A stretch of 64,000 nt of DNA from Vitreimonas sp. (GTDB lineage Bacteria; Pseudomonadota; Alphaproteobacteria; Caulobacterales; Aquidulcibacteraceae). Positions 17,306 through 26,645 of the stretch are shown here, one piece after another. Position numbers and translations under genes: made by a program. Where the stretch lies: contig JBAQGO010000114.1 in the NCBI GenBank assembly GCA_049287825.1, positions 1,538-65,537 on the forward strand. The letters are read 5' to 3'. The notes below the pieces were generated by a model. It was not told where the DNA came from, did not search any database, and worked only from the letters and a program-made list of their open reading frames with translations. How positions within the stretch are numbered: the stretch's first letter is position 1; each line of letters opens with the position of its first letter.

Positions 17306-20300
17306 CTAGTGCTCCAGCTTAGCGTTGATGGTGCAGACCACGCCTTCACGCGGATAAGCAAGGGTGACTTCGGCCCGCAATTCGCCAGCAAGGCCGCGTT
17401 CGATCAGGCGCGAACCAAAACCCTTGCGCGTTGGCGCGACAACGGGTGGCCCGTCGTGTTCGCGCCAGGTCAAGATCAAGGCGCGATCGGAATTGAAGCT
17501 CCAACTCACATCACAATGACCCTCGACATTTGAGAGCGCGCCGTATTTCGCCGCGTTGGTGGCGAGTTCGTGCATGGCCATGGACAACGCCAAAGCCTGC
17601 TTGGCGTTCAGCCGCACGAACGGTCCGTGCGCCGTGATCCGGCCGCCGCCGCTCACCGGCGCGACAGCTGCCTTCACCACTTCATCGAGATCAGCGCCTG
17701 ACCACGATTCCCGCGTCAGCACGTCGTGGGACTGCGCCAAGGCTGCAAGGCGGTTCGAGAAGGACCGGTTGGCCGCCTCGACCGAACTGGCGTCGCGGAA
17801 GGTTTGCAGCGCGACCGCCTGAACGGTGGCCAGCGAATTTTTGACGCGGTGATTGAGTTCGTTGAGCAAGAGGTGCTGGCGTTCCTCGGCGCGCTTGCGT
17901 TCAATGATCAGGCCCGCCGAGCGCGTCGCCACTTCAACAAGCGCCAGATCCTCGGCAGTGGGACTACGTGGTTCATCGTAATACATGGCGAACGTGCCGA
18001 GTATGTCGCCGTCGGCGGCCATGATCGGGCTCGACCAGCAGGCGCGCAGCCCATGTGAAAGCGCAAGCTCGCGGAAATCCTTCCAGAGCGGGTCGGTGGC
18101 GATGTCTTCAACGACGACAAGCTCGCGCCTAAAGGCCGCTGTGCCGCAAGATCCGACACCTTCGCCAATAATGACCCCGTCAATCGCCTCGTTATAGGCG
18201 GTTGGCAGGCGCGGGGCCGCGCCGTGGCGCAGCGTGTCGCCGGCGGGATCGATCAGCAACACCGAGCCGCGCATGCCTGGTTCCTGAGACTCAATGGTTT
18301 CCACAAGCGTCGTCAGCGCTTCGGCGGTGGAGCCCGTCTGCAGCACCAGTTCGAGCGCTTGTTTTTGCGCCGCCTGCAAGTTCTGCATGCGTTTCGTGGC
18401 GGTCACGTCATAACCGTCAACGAAGATCCCCACGACTTCGTCCGCATTGTTCTTGATCGGCTGATAGACGAAATTGATGTAATGCTGTTCAAGCGCGCCG
18501 TCGGCGCCGGCGCTTAGCTTCACCGGTACGGCGTCGCCCACAAAGGCTTCGCCCGTTGCGTAGACCTGATCCAGGAGCTCGTAGAGGCCCTGGCCTTCAA
18601 GTTCAGGAAACGCCTCGCGCACGGTTCGTCCAACGAGATCGCGCTGACCAGCAACTCTCATGTATTCGGCGTTTGCCAACTCGAAACGATGATCGGGACC
18701 GCGAAGCACGGCTGTGAGGCTTGGCGATTGCTCAAACATCTGGCGTAACTTCTCGCTTTCGTCGGCGAGGAGCGCGTTGGCCTGTTCCAGAGCGCGATTG
18801 GCGTGGCGAAGCTGGCGCTCGCGATCGCGAAGCGCGGCGGTTGTCTCGGCCCGCAATGCCGCGAGCTTCAATGCAGCTTCCACGCGGCTTAGCAGCTCGC
18901 GGGCGGAAAAGGGCTTCACCAGATAATCGTCGGCGCCGGCCGCGCGGCCTTCGATCGTTGCTTCCTCGCCAGCGCGCGCTGAAAGCAGAATAACTGGAGT
19001 GTTCGCCGCGTCTGGGTCGGCGCGCAATGAGCGCAGCAGCTCAAATCCGTCGAGGCGTGGCATCATAACGTCGCTCAAAACAAGATCCGGCTTTGTGATG
19101 CGAGCCTTTTCAAGCGCTTCGGCGCCGTCATTGGCCACGTCAACTTGGTAGCCTGCGCCTGCAAGGAGGCGTCTCACATAGTCGCGCATGTCGGCATTAT
19201 CATCGGCCAACAAAACCCGTTCGGTCGCGATCCGATCCGAACCAGCATTGAGGTCCTGAAGGCGTTCGCCGCGTGTGTTTTCCTCGCCCGGAAGCCAGCG
19301 CAGCGCTTCTTGCACGAAGGCGGCCGCCCCTCTTGCGGTATCAGCATGAGCGGCGGGCTCTCGCAGAGCATCGGGAGGCAGGTGCGCGCTGCCGAACGGA
19401 AGCCAGACCGAAAACGTGCTGCCGCTTGCAAGCTCACTCGTCGCGGAGACACGGCCGCCGTGGAGGCGGACAAGCTCCTGCACCAGCGCCAAGCCGATGC
19501 CGGTGCCTTCGTGCGTACGCCCGCCTTGTCCCTCGATGCGGTGAAAGCGTTCGAACACGCGCGGCAATTCGCTGGCGCTGATGCCAACGCCGGTGTCGCT
19601 GACATCGAGGCGTACGCCGTCGTCCGCAGGTTGGAGTGTCACCCGGACCGAGCCTGACAGCGTGTATTTGAAAGCGTTGGAGATGAGATTGAGAACGATC
19701 TTTTCCCAAAGATCGCGGTCCACGAAGACTGGTTCCTTGAGCGGCGCGGTCCTCACTTCGAAAGCAAGGCCAGCTCGGTCCATCGCGGACTGGAAGCTGC
19801 TGGCGAGATCGCCGGTCAAGGCGGCCAGATCCAAGGGTTCAAAGGAAGCGCGGGCACGGCCTGCTTCGATCCGCGAGAAATCAAGGAGGCTGTTGACGAG
19901 ACGCAGCAAGCGCAAACCGTTGCGATGAATGAGCGACAGAGCCGCGGCGTCCGCCGTCGCCGCACCCTCGGTCTCTGCGGTACGCAGCAAGTCCTCGATC
20001 GGCCCCAGCATCAAGGTAAGCGGGGTGCGAAACTCGTGACTGGCGTTGGAGAAGAAACTTGTCTTGGCGCGGTCCAGTTCGGCCAAGGCCTCGACGCGGC
20101 GGCGTTCGACCTCATAAGCCTGCGCGTTGGCAATCGCTGAGGCGAGTTGTCCGGCCGCAAGGTCAAGAAAGCCCCGATAACCATCGTCGAGCAGACGGTG
20201 AGGGCTTAAGCCCACCACAAGCGCGCCGGCGCGGCCGCCATCGCCGCTTGCCGGAATGTGAAGCAGTGCGGACTTATCCGATGCTTGACGCCATGAGCCC

Positions 20301-21121
20301 GGCGGCAAGTCCGGCCAAAGTGCGCTCAGATCTCCAATCACCCGCGTCTGATGGTCTTGCATGACGGCGCTGAACGGCCAGGGACCGGAACGATCAAGAT
20401 CAACGCGCGCCGGAAACGCTACGTGTGCGTCGTCGAGTCCGGTCAGACAGACGCGCTCGAGCCACTGGCTGTCTTCGTCGGCGAGATAAAGCGCTGCGAA
20501 GGTGATGTCTTGGGGATCGCTCGCCAACGCAGACGCTGCCCGCGCGCAGACATCATCAAGGCTGCGTGCGTCACTTGTCCGGGCAGCGAGTTCGCGGAGC
20601 AAGGAAAGTTGGCGTTCGCCGATGACGCGCTGGGTGTCGTCAGTGTTGGCGCAAATAATGCCGCCGACCCCGCCATCGTCGTCGGGGATCGGGCTATACG
20701 AAAACGTGTAATAGGTTTCTTCTGGATAGCCGTTGCGCTCCATGATGAGGAGCTGCTCTTCCACGTAGGTCCCTTCGACCCCGCGCATCGCAGTGTCGAG
20801 CATCGGCCCAATCTCAGGCCAAATCTCGCTCCAGACATCGGCGGTGGGTTTGCCGAGCGCCCAGGGGTGCTTGCCGCCAATGATGGAGCGGTAGGGGTCG
20901 TTGTAGAGATAGATGAGCTCTTCGCCCCAGCCGATCCAAATCGGCTGGCGGGACGTGAGCATGATGCGAACCGCAGTCTTTAAGCTTTGCGGCCAGCGTT
21001 GCGGCGGGCCGAGCGAGGTTGACCCCCAGTCGTAGGCGCGCATTAACGCGCCCATCTCGCCGCCGCCGGCCAAGATCGGGTCCGCGTCTCGCTTCAGATT
21101 TTTCAGCTCCCCCAAATGCAT
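17306..21121 (-). CDS. 1271-aa multidomain sensor: PAS-GAF-HisKA-HATPase-REC-PAS-GAF-HWE kinase
   Basis: First core: SHEFRTPLT plus GTGIGLALV. REC: DVMMPRLDG, VKPF. Second core: LNELNHRVKNSLATVQA, HELATNAAKYGAL, GFGSRLIE (HWE/HisKA_2 type). Confidence 0.9.
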   Translation of the reverse strand: MHLGELKNLKRDADPILAGGGEMGALMRAYDWGSTSLGPPQRWPQSLKTAVRIMLTSRQPIWIGWGEELIYLYNDPYRSIIGGKHPWALGKPTADVWSEIWPEIGPMLDTAMRGVEGTYVEEQLLIMERNGYPEETYYTFSYSPIPDDDGGVGGIICANTDDTQRVIGERQLSLLRELAARTSDARSLDDVCARAASALASDPQDITFAALYLADEDSQWLERVCLTGLDDAHVAFPARVDLDRSGPWPFSAVMQDHQTRVIGDLSALWPDLPPGSWRQASDKSALLHIPASGDGGRAGALVVGLSPHRLLDDGYRGFLDLAAGQLASAIANAQAYEVERRRVEALAELDRAKTSFFSNASHEFRTPLTLMLGPIEDLLRTAETEGAATADAAALSLIHRNGLRLLRLVNSLLDFSRIEAGRARASFEPLDLAALTGDLASSFQSAMDRAGLAFEVRTAPLKEPVFVDRDLWEKIVLNLISNAFKYTLSGSVRVTLQPADDGVRLDVSDTGVGISASELPRVFERFHRIEGQGGRTHEGTGIGLALVQELVRLHGGRVSATSELASGSTFSVWLPFGSAHLPPDALREPAAHADTARGAAAFVQEALRWLPGEENTRGERLQDLNAGSDRIATERVLLADDNADMRDYVRRLLAGAGYQVDVANDGAEALEKARITKPDLVLSDVMMPRLDGFELLRSLRADPDAANTPVILLSARAGEEATIEGRAAGADDYLVKPFSARELLSRVEAALKLAALRAETTAALRDRERQLRHANRALEQANALLADESEKLRQMFEQSPSLTAVLRGPDHRFELANAEYMRVAGQRDLVGRTVREAFPELEGQGLYELLDQVYATGEAFVGDAVPVKLSAGADGALEQHYINFVYQPIKNNADEVVGIFVDGYDVTATKRMQNLQAAQKQALELVLQTGSTAEALTTLVETIESQEPGMRGSVLLIDPAGDTLRHGAAPRLPTAYNEAIDGVIIGEGVGSCGTAAFRRELVVVEDIATDPLWKDFRELALSHGLRACWSSPIMAADGDILGTFAMYYDEPRSPTAEDLALVEVATRSAGLIIERKRAEERQHLLLNELNHRVKNSLATVQAVALQTFRDASSVEAANRSFSNRLAALAQSHDVLTRESWSGADLDEVVKAAVAPVSGGGRITAHGPFVRLNAKQALALSMAMHELATNAAKYGALSNVEGHCDVSWSFNSDRALILTWREHDGPPVVAPTRKGFGSRLIERGLAGELRAEVTLAYPREGVVCTINAKLEH

Positions 21122-21451
21122 CGAAGACTGCCCCAGTTTCCGGAAACTCTGAAACCGCGGGGTGGGTTCCCGGAATCGAATGCAAGCGGGCGCGGCCGGG
21201 GGCTAGTCCCGAAAGCGAACGCGGAAGCGGTTCGGATGGTTGGCAAAACAAGTTAGGGGTCGGGCATAACTGAGAGACGACTGGCGACCCAGGATGTAGA
21301 CGCACGCGGGCGGGACGAACCTCGTAGTCACCGGGCGCAACGGTCGCGAGGGCACGGTTTTGCCCGCCGCCCTTCGCGGGCGCTAATGGCGGTTGCCCCA
21401 GACTTGACGACTGGACGGGGGCGCCGCAGATGCGCCCCTGCCAGCTATCGG

Positions 21452-21524
21452 GGGCCCGTAGCTCAATGGTTAGAGCCGGCCGCTCATAACGGTCTGGTTC
21501 CTGGTTCGAGTCCAGGCGGGCCCA
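21452..21524 (+). tRNA. tRNA-Met (anticodon CAT); elongator type or tRNA-Ile2 precursor cannot be excluded
   Basis: Manual cloverleaf. Acceptor GGGCCCG/CGGGCCC, D arm GCTC-AATGGTTA-GAGC, anticodon arm GGCCG-CTCATAA-CGGTC, T arm CCTGG-TTCGAGT-CCAGG, discriminator A. CCA is not encoded. G1-C72 is paired, so it is not an initiator. Confidence 0.85.
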
Positions 21525-21551
21525 CTCACATCCCTCGCCGCACGCGCCTCT

Positions 21552-21779
21552 TCATCGCTGAAGAACCCTGGGAAGAACGCCCTTGGCGACGAGCGTTGTC
21601 AAAGCGCCAACCCCGATGGCTTCGAGCGCTTGCGGGTTGTGACGATACGTGAGCCAACCCAAGAATAGACCGAGCAAGAGGCTCGGCGTCCAGCGCATGA
21701 GGCAGAGTGCAATCTGGTAGCCGGCGTGCAACAGCACGATGCTGATCAGTGCGACGATGATGACGATTATCGCTTCCAT
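21552..21779 (-). CDS. hypothetical small membrane protein
   Basis: 75 aa from the ATG (MEAIIVIIVALISIVLLHAGYQIALCL...). Two to three hydrophobic helices. Confidence 0.4.
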   Translation of the reverse strand: MEAIIVIIVALISIVLLHAGYQIALCLMRWTPSLLLGLFLGWLTYRHNPQALEAIGVGALTTLVAKGVLPRVLQR

Positions 21780-22102
21780 GTTCCGCCTCCGCTGAGTTGA
21801 TGCGGCTTCGCAAACGGGCGGCCGCGCAATTGCGCGCCGTAGCGTTTGCGCCGCTCGTATTGTGAAAGCGCCGCGCCATTGAGGCGCTTCACTTTCCAGA
21901 TCGCCTTGATGTCGCGAAGTGTTTTGAGCTTGTGACAGGTCGGGCACATGAGCTGATCAGGCTTGGCGCGACGCCACGCGTTCGGCGTTGAGTGCTCGCC
22001 GATCAGACTTTCAGTTTCGTTGCAATCGTCGACGCAGCACGCGCCGTTCTGCTTCTTCAGCAGCGCTTCGTACTCGCGCGCAGTCAAATAGAGACGGTGC
22101 AT
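21767..22102 (-). CDS. HNH endonuclease-like protein
   Basis: CCVDDC...EH...N...CPTCH arrangement (C-x3-C, His, Asn, C-x2-CH) within MHRLYLTAREYEALLKKQNG... Confidence 0.55.
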   Translation of the reverse strand: MHRLYLTAREYEALLKKQNGACCVDDCNETESLIGEHSTPNAWRRAKPDQLMCPTCHKLKTLRDIKAIWKVKRLNGAALSQYERRKRYGAQLRGRPFAKPHQLSGGGTWKR

Positions 22103-22303
22103 GAGCTGAGACGCGCCTTCCACCCGCGTGAACGAGAAGGGCGCTGATGTCTCGACGTGGATGGCCGCTTAAGCGGCGGCCAAACAGTCCCCAGATCTAA
22201 GAACAAAACAAGCACAAATTGGTTGAGCAGGCAAGAGGTCTCTGCTGAAGCATGCCGCTTGGCCGGTGGTGGGGCGCCTTTGGCATACGAAGAGAAAGTG
22301 CCG

Positions 22304-22609
22304 ATGAAGTTTGGAGAGCTCGGGCGCTTGAGCGGGCTCTATTTCGGCTGCACGGGATGTGCGCGCGGGAGGCTCTTCACCGCGGTCGAGTTAGTGCGGC
22401 TCTACGGCGTTGAGGGACGCGTCGCAGATTTAGCCAAGCGCTTGGCCTGCAAGTTCTGCAAGCAACACAGAAGGCGCCCGCCTCGAGTTTATGTTGAAGT
22501 CTCGAGGCCGTTCTACACCAAGGCGGAAGCGGCAGCACTCACGGCGACCAATTTGGATGCTCTTGTTCAAAGCTTGGAGAAGCTGACGCCGCGGAATAAA
22601 ATTTCGTGA
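22304..22609 (+). CDS. hypothetical protein with two CxxC pairs
   Basis: MKFGELGRLSGLYFGCTGCARG...ACKFCKQH. Lower-GC upstream region. No family recognised. Confidence 0.35.
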   Translation: MKFGELGRLSGLYFGCTGCARGRLFTAVELVRLYGVEGRVADLAKRLACKFCKQHRRRPPRVYVEVSRPFYTKAEAAALTATNLDALVQSLEKLTPRNKIS

Positions 22610-22976
22610 GGCGAACCGCGCTGGGGCGCGGACGCGCTCTCGTGAACCGAGCCGCGCGGAATCGCGCGTCTCGGCCCTTCGGGCTTCGATCGCTTTCGCC
22701 TCGCCGGTCATTGGTTTGTGGTCTGCTTGCGCCGAACGGCGATCCAGTGGTCCAAGTCTTTTGGATCGTATCGGACGGCCCGATCTGTCGTCTTCACGTA
22801 CCTTGGTCCTTTCCCCGCTCCGCGCATCTTGAACGAGCGTTGTCGGGGTGAAGACACTTCAGTTGGCCAAGTGCGCCACGCCGGTCGCTGGCTTCAGTTC
22901 GCGCAGGTCACAGCATCAAGCTCCTCTTGTTGGCGGCTTTCATTTCGCTGACCGACGCACGGCAGCCTTAGCCTTC

Positions 22977-23315
22977 ATGAATGGTGCGCTGCTCAAACGA
23001 TCCATGAAGCTCAGCGGACGGCGAACCTCGGTGGCCCTCGAACCTGCGTTTTGGACCGTGCTTGAAGGGCTGGTCCGGGGGCGCGGACAAACCCTCCCAA
23101 GCTTTATTGCGCTCGTCCTCTGCGCCAACGCGGGACGCCCGGCCGCGTCGGCGCTGCGCGTCCATGCCTTGCAAAATGTTCTCACGCTGGGCCACGCACG
23201 CTGGGGCCCAAATCACAAACGCGGGCCGAACCGCTTGCATCCTCGCCGCCTTCTTTCACTTCAGCGGCGGCCGCCCGGCCATCTTCCTAAGCGTCGGCGT
23301 CCAATGCCTCTGTGA
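22977..23315 (+). CDS. ribbon-helix-helix (RHH_4-like) protein
   Basis: LLKRSMKLSGRRTSVALEPAFWTVLEGLVRGRGQTLPSFIALV...SALRVHAL matches the RHH_4-type pattern. The C-terminal 40 aa look non-homologous and overlap the convergent kinase gene. Confidence 0.5.
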   Translation: MNGALLKRSMKLSGRRTSVALEPAFWTVLEGLVRGRGQTLPSFIALVLCANAGRPAASALRVHALQNVLTLGHARWGPNHKRGPNRLHPRRLLSLQRRPPGHLPKRRRPMPL

Positions 23316-25848
23316 TGACACGTTGCAGATTGCGCTGCTCGAACGGTTTATCGAGTTTGAGCACGGAGAGCGCGTTCGCGGGCAGTTCGGCATAGCCGGT
23401 GGCGATGACAACCGGAAGGGCAGGCCAGCGTGCGCGAATCTGCTCGGCCAGTTCAAGCCCGGTCATCCGGGGCATGGCTTGATCGGTCAAAACCAAATCC
23501 ACCTGGTTTACCTGCAATATCTCGAGCGCACGGGCGCCGGAAGCCGCTTCAAACACGGTGTGGCCCATGTCCTCGAGCATGGCGACGGTGTTCATGAGCA
23601 CCAGCGCGTCGTCATCAACGGCAAGGATGCTCCAGGTTTTTTCCATCCCCGCGGCAGTCTCATCGGCGTGCAGGTCGGAGCGTTCTGACGCTGGAGCGTC
23701 AGCGACCGGCAGCAAGATATCCACTTTGGTCCCGGCGCCTCTTTGGCTTTGTAGGTGCAATCGCCCCCCGAGTTGGGTGACGAGCCCTTGCACCATCGAC
23801 AGCCCCAAACCCGTACCCTTGCCGACGCCCTTTGTTGTGAAGAACGGCTCGGTTGCCCGTTGCAGCGTCTGTTCGTCCATGCCCTCGCCGTTGTCCGACA
23901 CCGAAAGACAAACATAAGCACCGGCCGCAAGGGTTGCGTCGTCATCGATCAGGGTCTCGCGCGCTTCAATGCGAATGGCGCCGCCTTGGGGCAGCGCGTC
24001 TCGCGCATTGACCGCGAGATTGAGGATTGCAAGCTCCAACTGGTTGGCGTCGGCCCGAACCGGAGGCAGCGTCGAGGGGCAATCGACTTCCAGTTCAATT
24101 CGAGGTCCGAGCGTTCTTTGCAGAAGATCGACTACGCCATCGATGAGCCCGGCCACATTCGTCGGTTCGATCTTCAACTCCTGGCGGCGCGCGAAAACGA
24201 GCATGCGTTGGGTCAGGGACGCGCCGCGCTTTGCCGCCTGCACGGCGTTGTCGAGAAAGCCCAAGGCCTTAGCATCGCCGGGCATACGTTTGCGCAGGAG
24301 CTGCAAGCTGCCCAGCACCGCCGCTAGGAGATTGTTGAAATCGTGGGCGATGCCGCCGGTGAGCTGACCGATAGCCTCCATTTTCTGGGATTGGAAGAAC
24401 GCCTCGCGCGCCGCTTCCAGAGCGCGTTGGGCCTCCAAGCGTTCGGTGATATCGCGCGTGACCTTCGCAAAGCCGATAATTTCGCCGCTGTTGTCGCGAA
24501 TGGGATCGAGCACCACTTGAGCCCAGAAGCGCGTGCCATCCTTGCGAACACGCCAGCTCTCTTTCTCGAACCGTCCCTCTTCGCGCGCAGTGCGAAGCGC
24601 CCGCTCCGGCTCGCCGTTGGCGCGGTCCTCTTCAGTATAAAACTTGGAGAAATGCTGTCCGATGATTTCTTCGCTCGCGTATTGCTTAATGCGGCGCGCA
24701 CCGGCGTTCCAGTTGGTCACGCGCCCGTGCTCATCGAGCATGTAGATCGCGTAGTCGGTCACGCCTTCGACCAGGATGCGAAACCGCTCTTCGCTGCGGC
24801 GGAGTTCTTCTTGCACGCGCAGGGCGCCTTGAGCGGCGTCGCGCTCTTGCTCGGCTTGGCGGCGCTCAAAACTGAACCCGAGCTGGCGCGAAATTGTCAC
24901 CGCCAAGGCGCTCTCGGCCTCGCTAAAGTGATGCGGGACCTCATGATAGGTCATGAACTTACCGATCACCCCGCCATTGGCCATGATCGGAATGAAAGCG
25001 AGCGCTGAAATGCCTTCCGCGCGGATCGTCGCTCTCAGCTCCTCGGCCACATCGGCGACGGTGATATCGGAAATGAAGATCGGCTGTGCATCGCGTTCGC
25101 CGGGTTTCCAGGGGCAATGGCCTTCGACCGCGGCGCGATACTGATCTGAGAGATGACGCCAGCCCACGAACCGGGCGACGCCTTCGGAATCAAACAATAA
25201 GATCGATGCCCGGCGGCAACCGAAGGCGCTAAGGATGGCGTCGAGGCCGGCATTGACCGCGTCCTTGGAGCTGCTCGAGCGATACAGCGCGTCAGTAAAC
25301 TGAAACAGCGCCGCGTTCGTCTCGCTCTGCAATTCAAGCTGACGCGTTCGCTCTTGTAGAGCCTGTTCACCGCGACCGCGCTGCAGCGCAAGCCCTGCGT
25401 GATTGGCCGCGACGCGGGCGAGCATTTGCTCGGTTTCGGTGGGAAACGTTTCGCGTGTCGAAAAGCAGGTCAGCGCAGCTCCCGGTTCAGTGCCAAGCGG
25501 CGCTGACAAAGCACGCATCGGCCCAAAGCCTGGAACATCGAGCGTTGTCGCGGGAACGGGATGGCGGTAAGCGCTGAAACACGCTGCCGAAAGGTCGCCG
25601 CCGACATTGCGATCATGCGCATGCACGACCTCAAGAGCAGGCTCCTGCAGTTCCACGCGCGCGAACTCCGCGTCCAGCATACTGACGGAGAGTTGCGCTA
25701 GCCCATCTGCAATTTGACGTCCACTGGCATGGCTCCAGATCGCCTGCAGGTTCGATAGCGCGACCAGATCGCGCACAAGCGGTCGCAGGGCCTCGTTGCT
25801 TTCGCCCCTTGTACGAGCAGCGCCGAAGGAACCCCGCGTCGCTACCAT
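23287..25848 (-). CDS. hybrid sensor histidine kinase (GAF-GAF-PAS-HisKA-HATPase-REC)
   Basis: PAS (FRILVEGVTDYAIYMLDEHGRVTNWN), HisKA ([13 protein letters not shown]), ATPase (GTGLGLSMVQG) and REC (LTDQAMPRMTG, LDKPF). Confidence 0.9.
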   Translation of the reverse strand: MVATRGSFGAARTRGESNEALRPLVRDLVALSNLQAIWSHASGRQIADGLAQLSVSMLDAEFARVELQEPALEVVHAHDRNVGGDLSAACFSAYRHPVPATTLDVPGFGPMRALSAPLGTEPGAALTCFSTRETFPTETEQMLARVAANHAGLALQRGRGEQALQERTRQLELQSETNAALFQFTDALYRSSSSKDAVNAGLDAILSAFGCRRASILLFDSEGVARFVGWRHLSDQYRAAVEGHCPWKPGERDAQPIFISDITVADVAEELRATIRAEGISALAFIPIMANGGVIGKFMTYHEVPHHFSEAESALAVTISRQLGFSFERRQAEQERDAAQGALRVQEELRRSEERFRILVEGVTDYAIYMLDEHGRVTNWNAGARRIKQYASEEIIGQHFSKFYTEEDRANGEPERALRTAREEGRFEKESWRVRKDGTRFWAQVVLDPIRDNSGEIIGFAKVTRDITERLEAQRALEAAREAFFQSQKMEAIGQLTGGIAHDFNNLLAAVLGSLQLLRKRMPGDAKALGFLDNAVQAAKRGASLTQRMLVFARRQELKIEPTNVAGLIDGVVDLLQRTLGPRIELEVDCPSTLPPVRADANQLELAILNLAVNARDALPQGGAIRIEARETLIDDDATLAAGAYVCLSVSDNGEGMDEQTLQRATEPFFTTKGVGKGTGLGLSMVQGLVTQLGGRLHLQSQRGAGTKVDILLPVADAPASERSDLHADETAAGMEKTWSILAVDDDALVLMNTVAMLEDMGHTVFEAASGARALEILQVNQVDLVLTDQAMPRMTGLELAEQIRARWPALPVVIATGYAELPANALSVLKLDKPFEQRNLQRVITEALDADA

Positions 25849-25851
25849 TGT

Positions 25852-26475
25852 TCAGTTGGCGTGCTTGCGGCCGGCGAGTTCGACAAGAAATTCGTCCGGC
25901 GGCACATAGAACGGGTTTTGCTGCACCATTCCCCCGATAATGACCTGTGGATGGGTGCGCATGATATCCATCACAACGGGGGCACTGAACTTGTTTAAGT
26001 CGTAGGTGCATACGACGACGTCATTGTACTTCGGAAGAAATTTGTTGAGGCGCGTCTCATACTCAACGATGTCATGAACCCCAGGCAGGTCCTCCACCGC
26101 CCATTCCATGTTTGCCCAAAGCCTGGTCTGAGCGAACCCCTTGGCGCGGCCTTCCTGCAGCACCTCTTCAATGAGAGCGAGCATGGCGTTTTGATCAAAG
26201 CGGGCCCCGCGCAGGTAGGCGCCTTCCCAGGGCCGGATCTCTAATTGGCCATCCTGTTCCGCCTTCTCGACATCAAGCCCGGCCTCGCGCAGCCGCTCTC
26301 GGCGTTCGTCTCGATGATCTTTGTCCACCACCTGAAAGAGCCGCTGACCCGCCGCTTCGCCGGCTTTGGAAAAGGGGAGGAGAAGTTCGTACTCCTCGTC
26401 ACGGCTATGGAAAAACGCGCAAGCGTGGCAGGGACACGTCAGTGTCGACTGGCCGATTTGAATGGTTGTTTGCAT
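25852..26475 (-). CDS. MEDS-domain protein
   Basis: 207 aa. CHACAFFHSRDEEYELLLPF...RLWANMEW...VVCTYDLNKF matches the MEDS pattern. It ends 4 nt before the kinase start. Confidence 0.75.
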   Translation of the reverse strand: MQTTIQIGQSTLTCPCHACAFFHSRDEEYELLLPFSKAGEAAGQRLFQVVDKDHRDERRERLREAGLDVEKAEQDGQLEIRPWEGAYLRGARFDQNAMLALIEEVLQEGRAKGFAQTRLWANMEWAVEDLPGVHDIVEYETRLNKFLPKYNDVVVCTYDLNKFSAPVVMDIMRTHPQVIIGGMVQQNPFYVPPDEFLVELAGRKHAN

Positions 26476-26610
26476 AAAAAATCCCTCCCGTAACGACGTA
26501 ACGCCAAACCGCCCCCGAAGTTCCAGCGAGGTCCGCCGATCCGGCTCTAATGGAGCGGGCGGGAAGCCTCACGGCGAAACGCCCAACCGGGAACGGGCGG
26601 GGCGCCACAC

Positions 26611-26645
26611 GACAAAAAGGACGGGCCGGCCCGCCACGCCGGCCC
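26611..26645 (-). terminator. intrinsic terminator-like hairpin on the minus strand inside the MEDS operon leader
   Basis: The minus strand reads GGGCCGGC-GTGGCGG-GCCGGCCC followed by GTCCTTTTTGTC. The 8-bp GC stem is 26638-26645 / 26623-26630 and the U-tract is 26614-26618. It lies 136 nt upstream of the MEDS ATG. Confidence 0.45.

Noticed and set aside
21122-21451. 330-bp non-coding stretch between the large kinase gene and the tRNA. It has small GC hairpins (for example GGGGCGC-CGCAGAT-GCGCCCC at 21418-21438) and a TTGACG hexamer. It was examined for a riboswitch, an sRNA or a tRNA promoter.
   Set aside because: No recognisable RNA family and no convincing -10 element at proper spacing. 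The hairpins lack U-tracts. It probably holds just divergent promoter space.
23204-23219. GGGCCCAAATCACA resembling the tRNA 3' end GGGCCCACTCACA (21518-21530), considered as a possible attR of an integrated element.
   Set aside because: There are only 7 contiguous identical bases plus 5 after a gap, which is easily chance in GC-rich DNA. No integrase is present.
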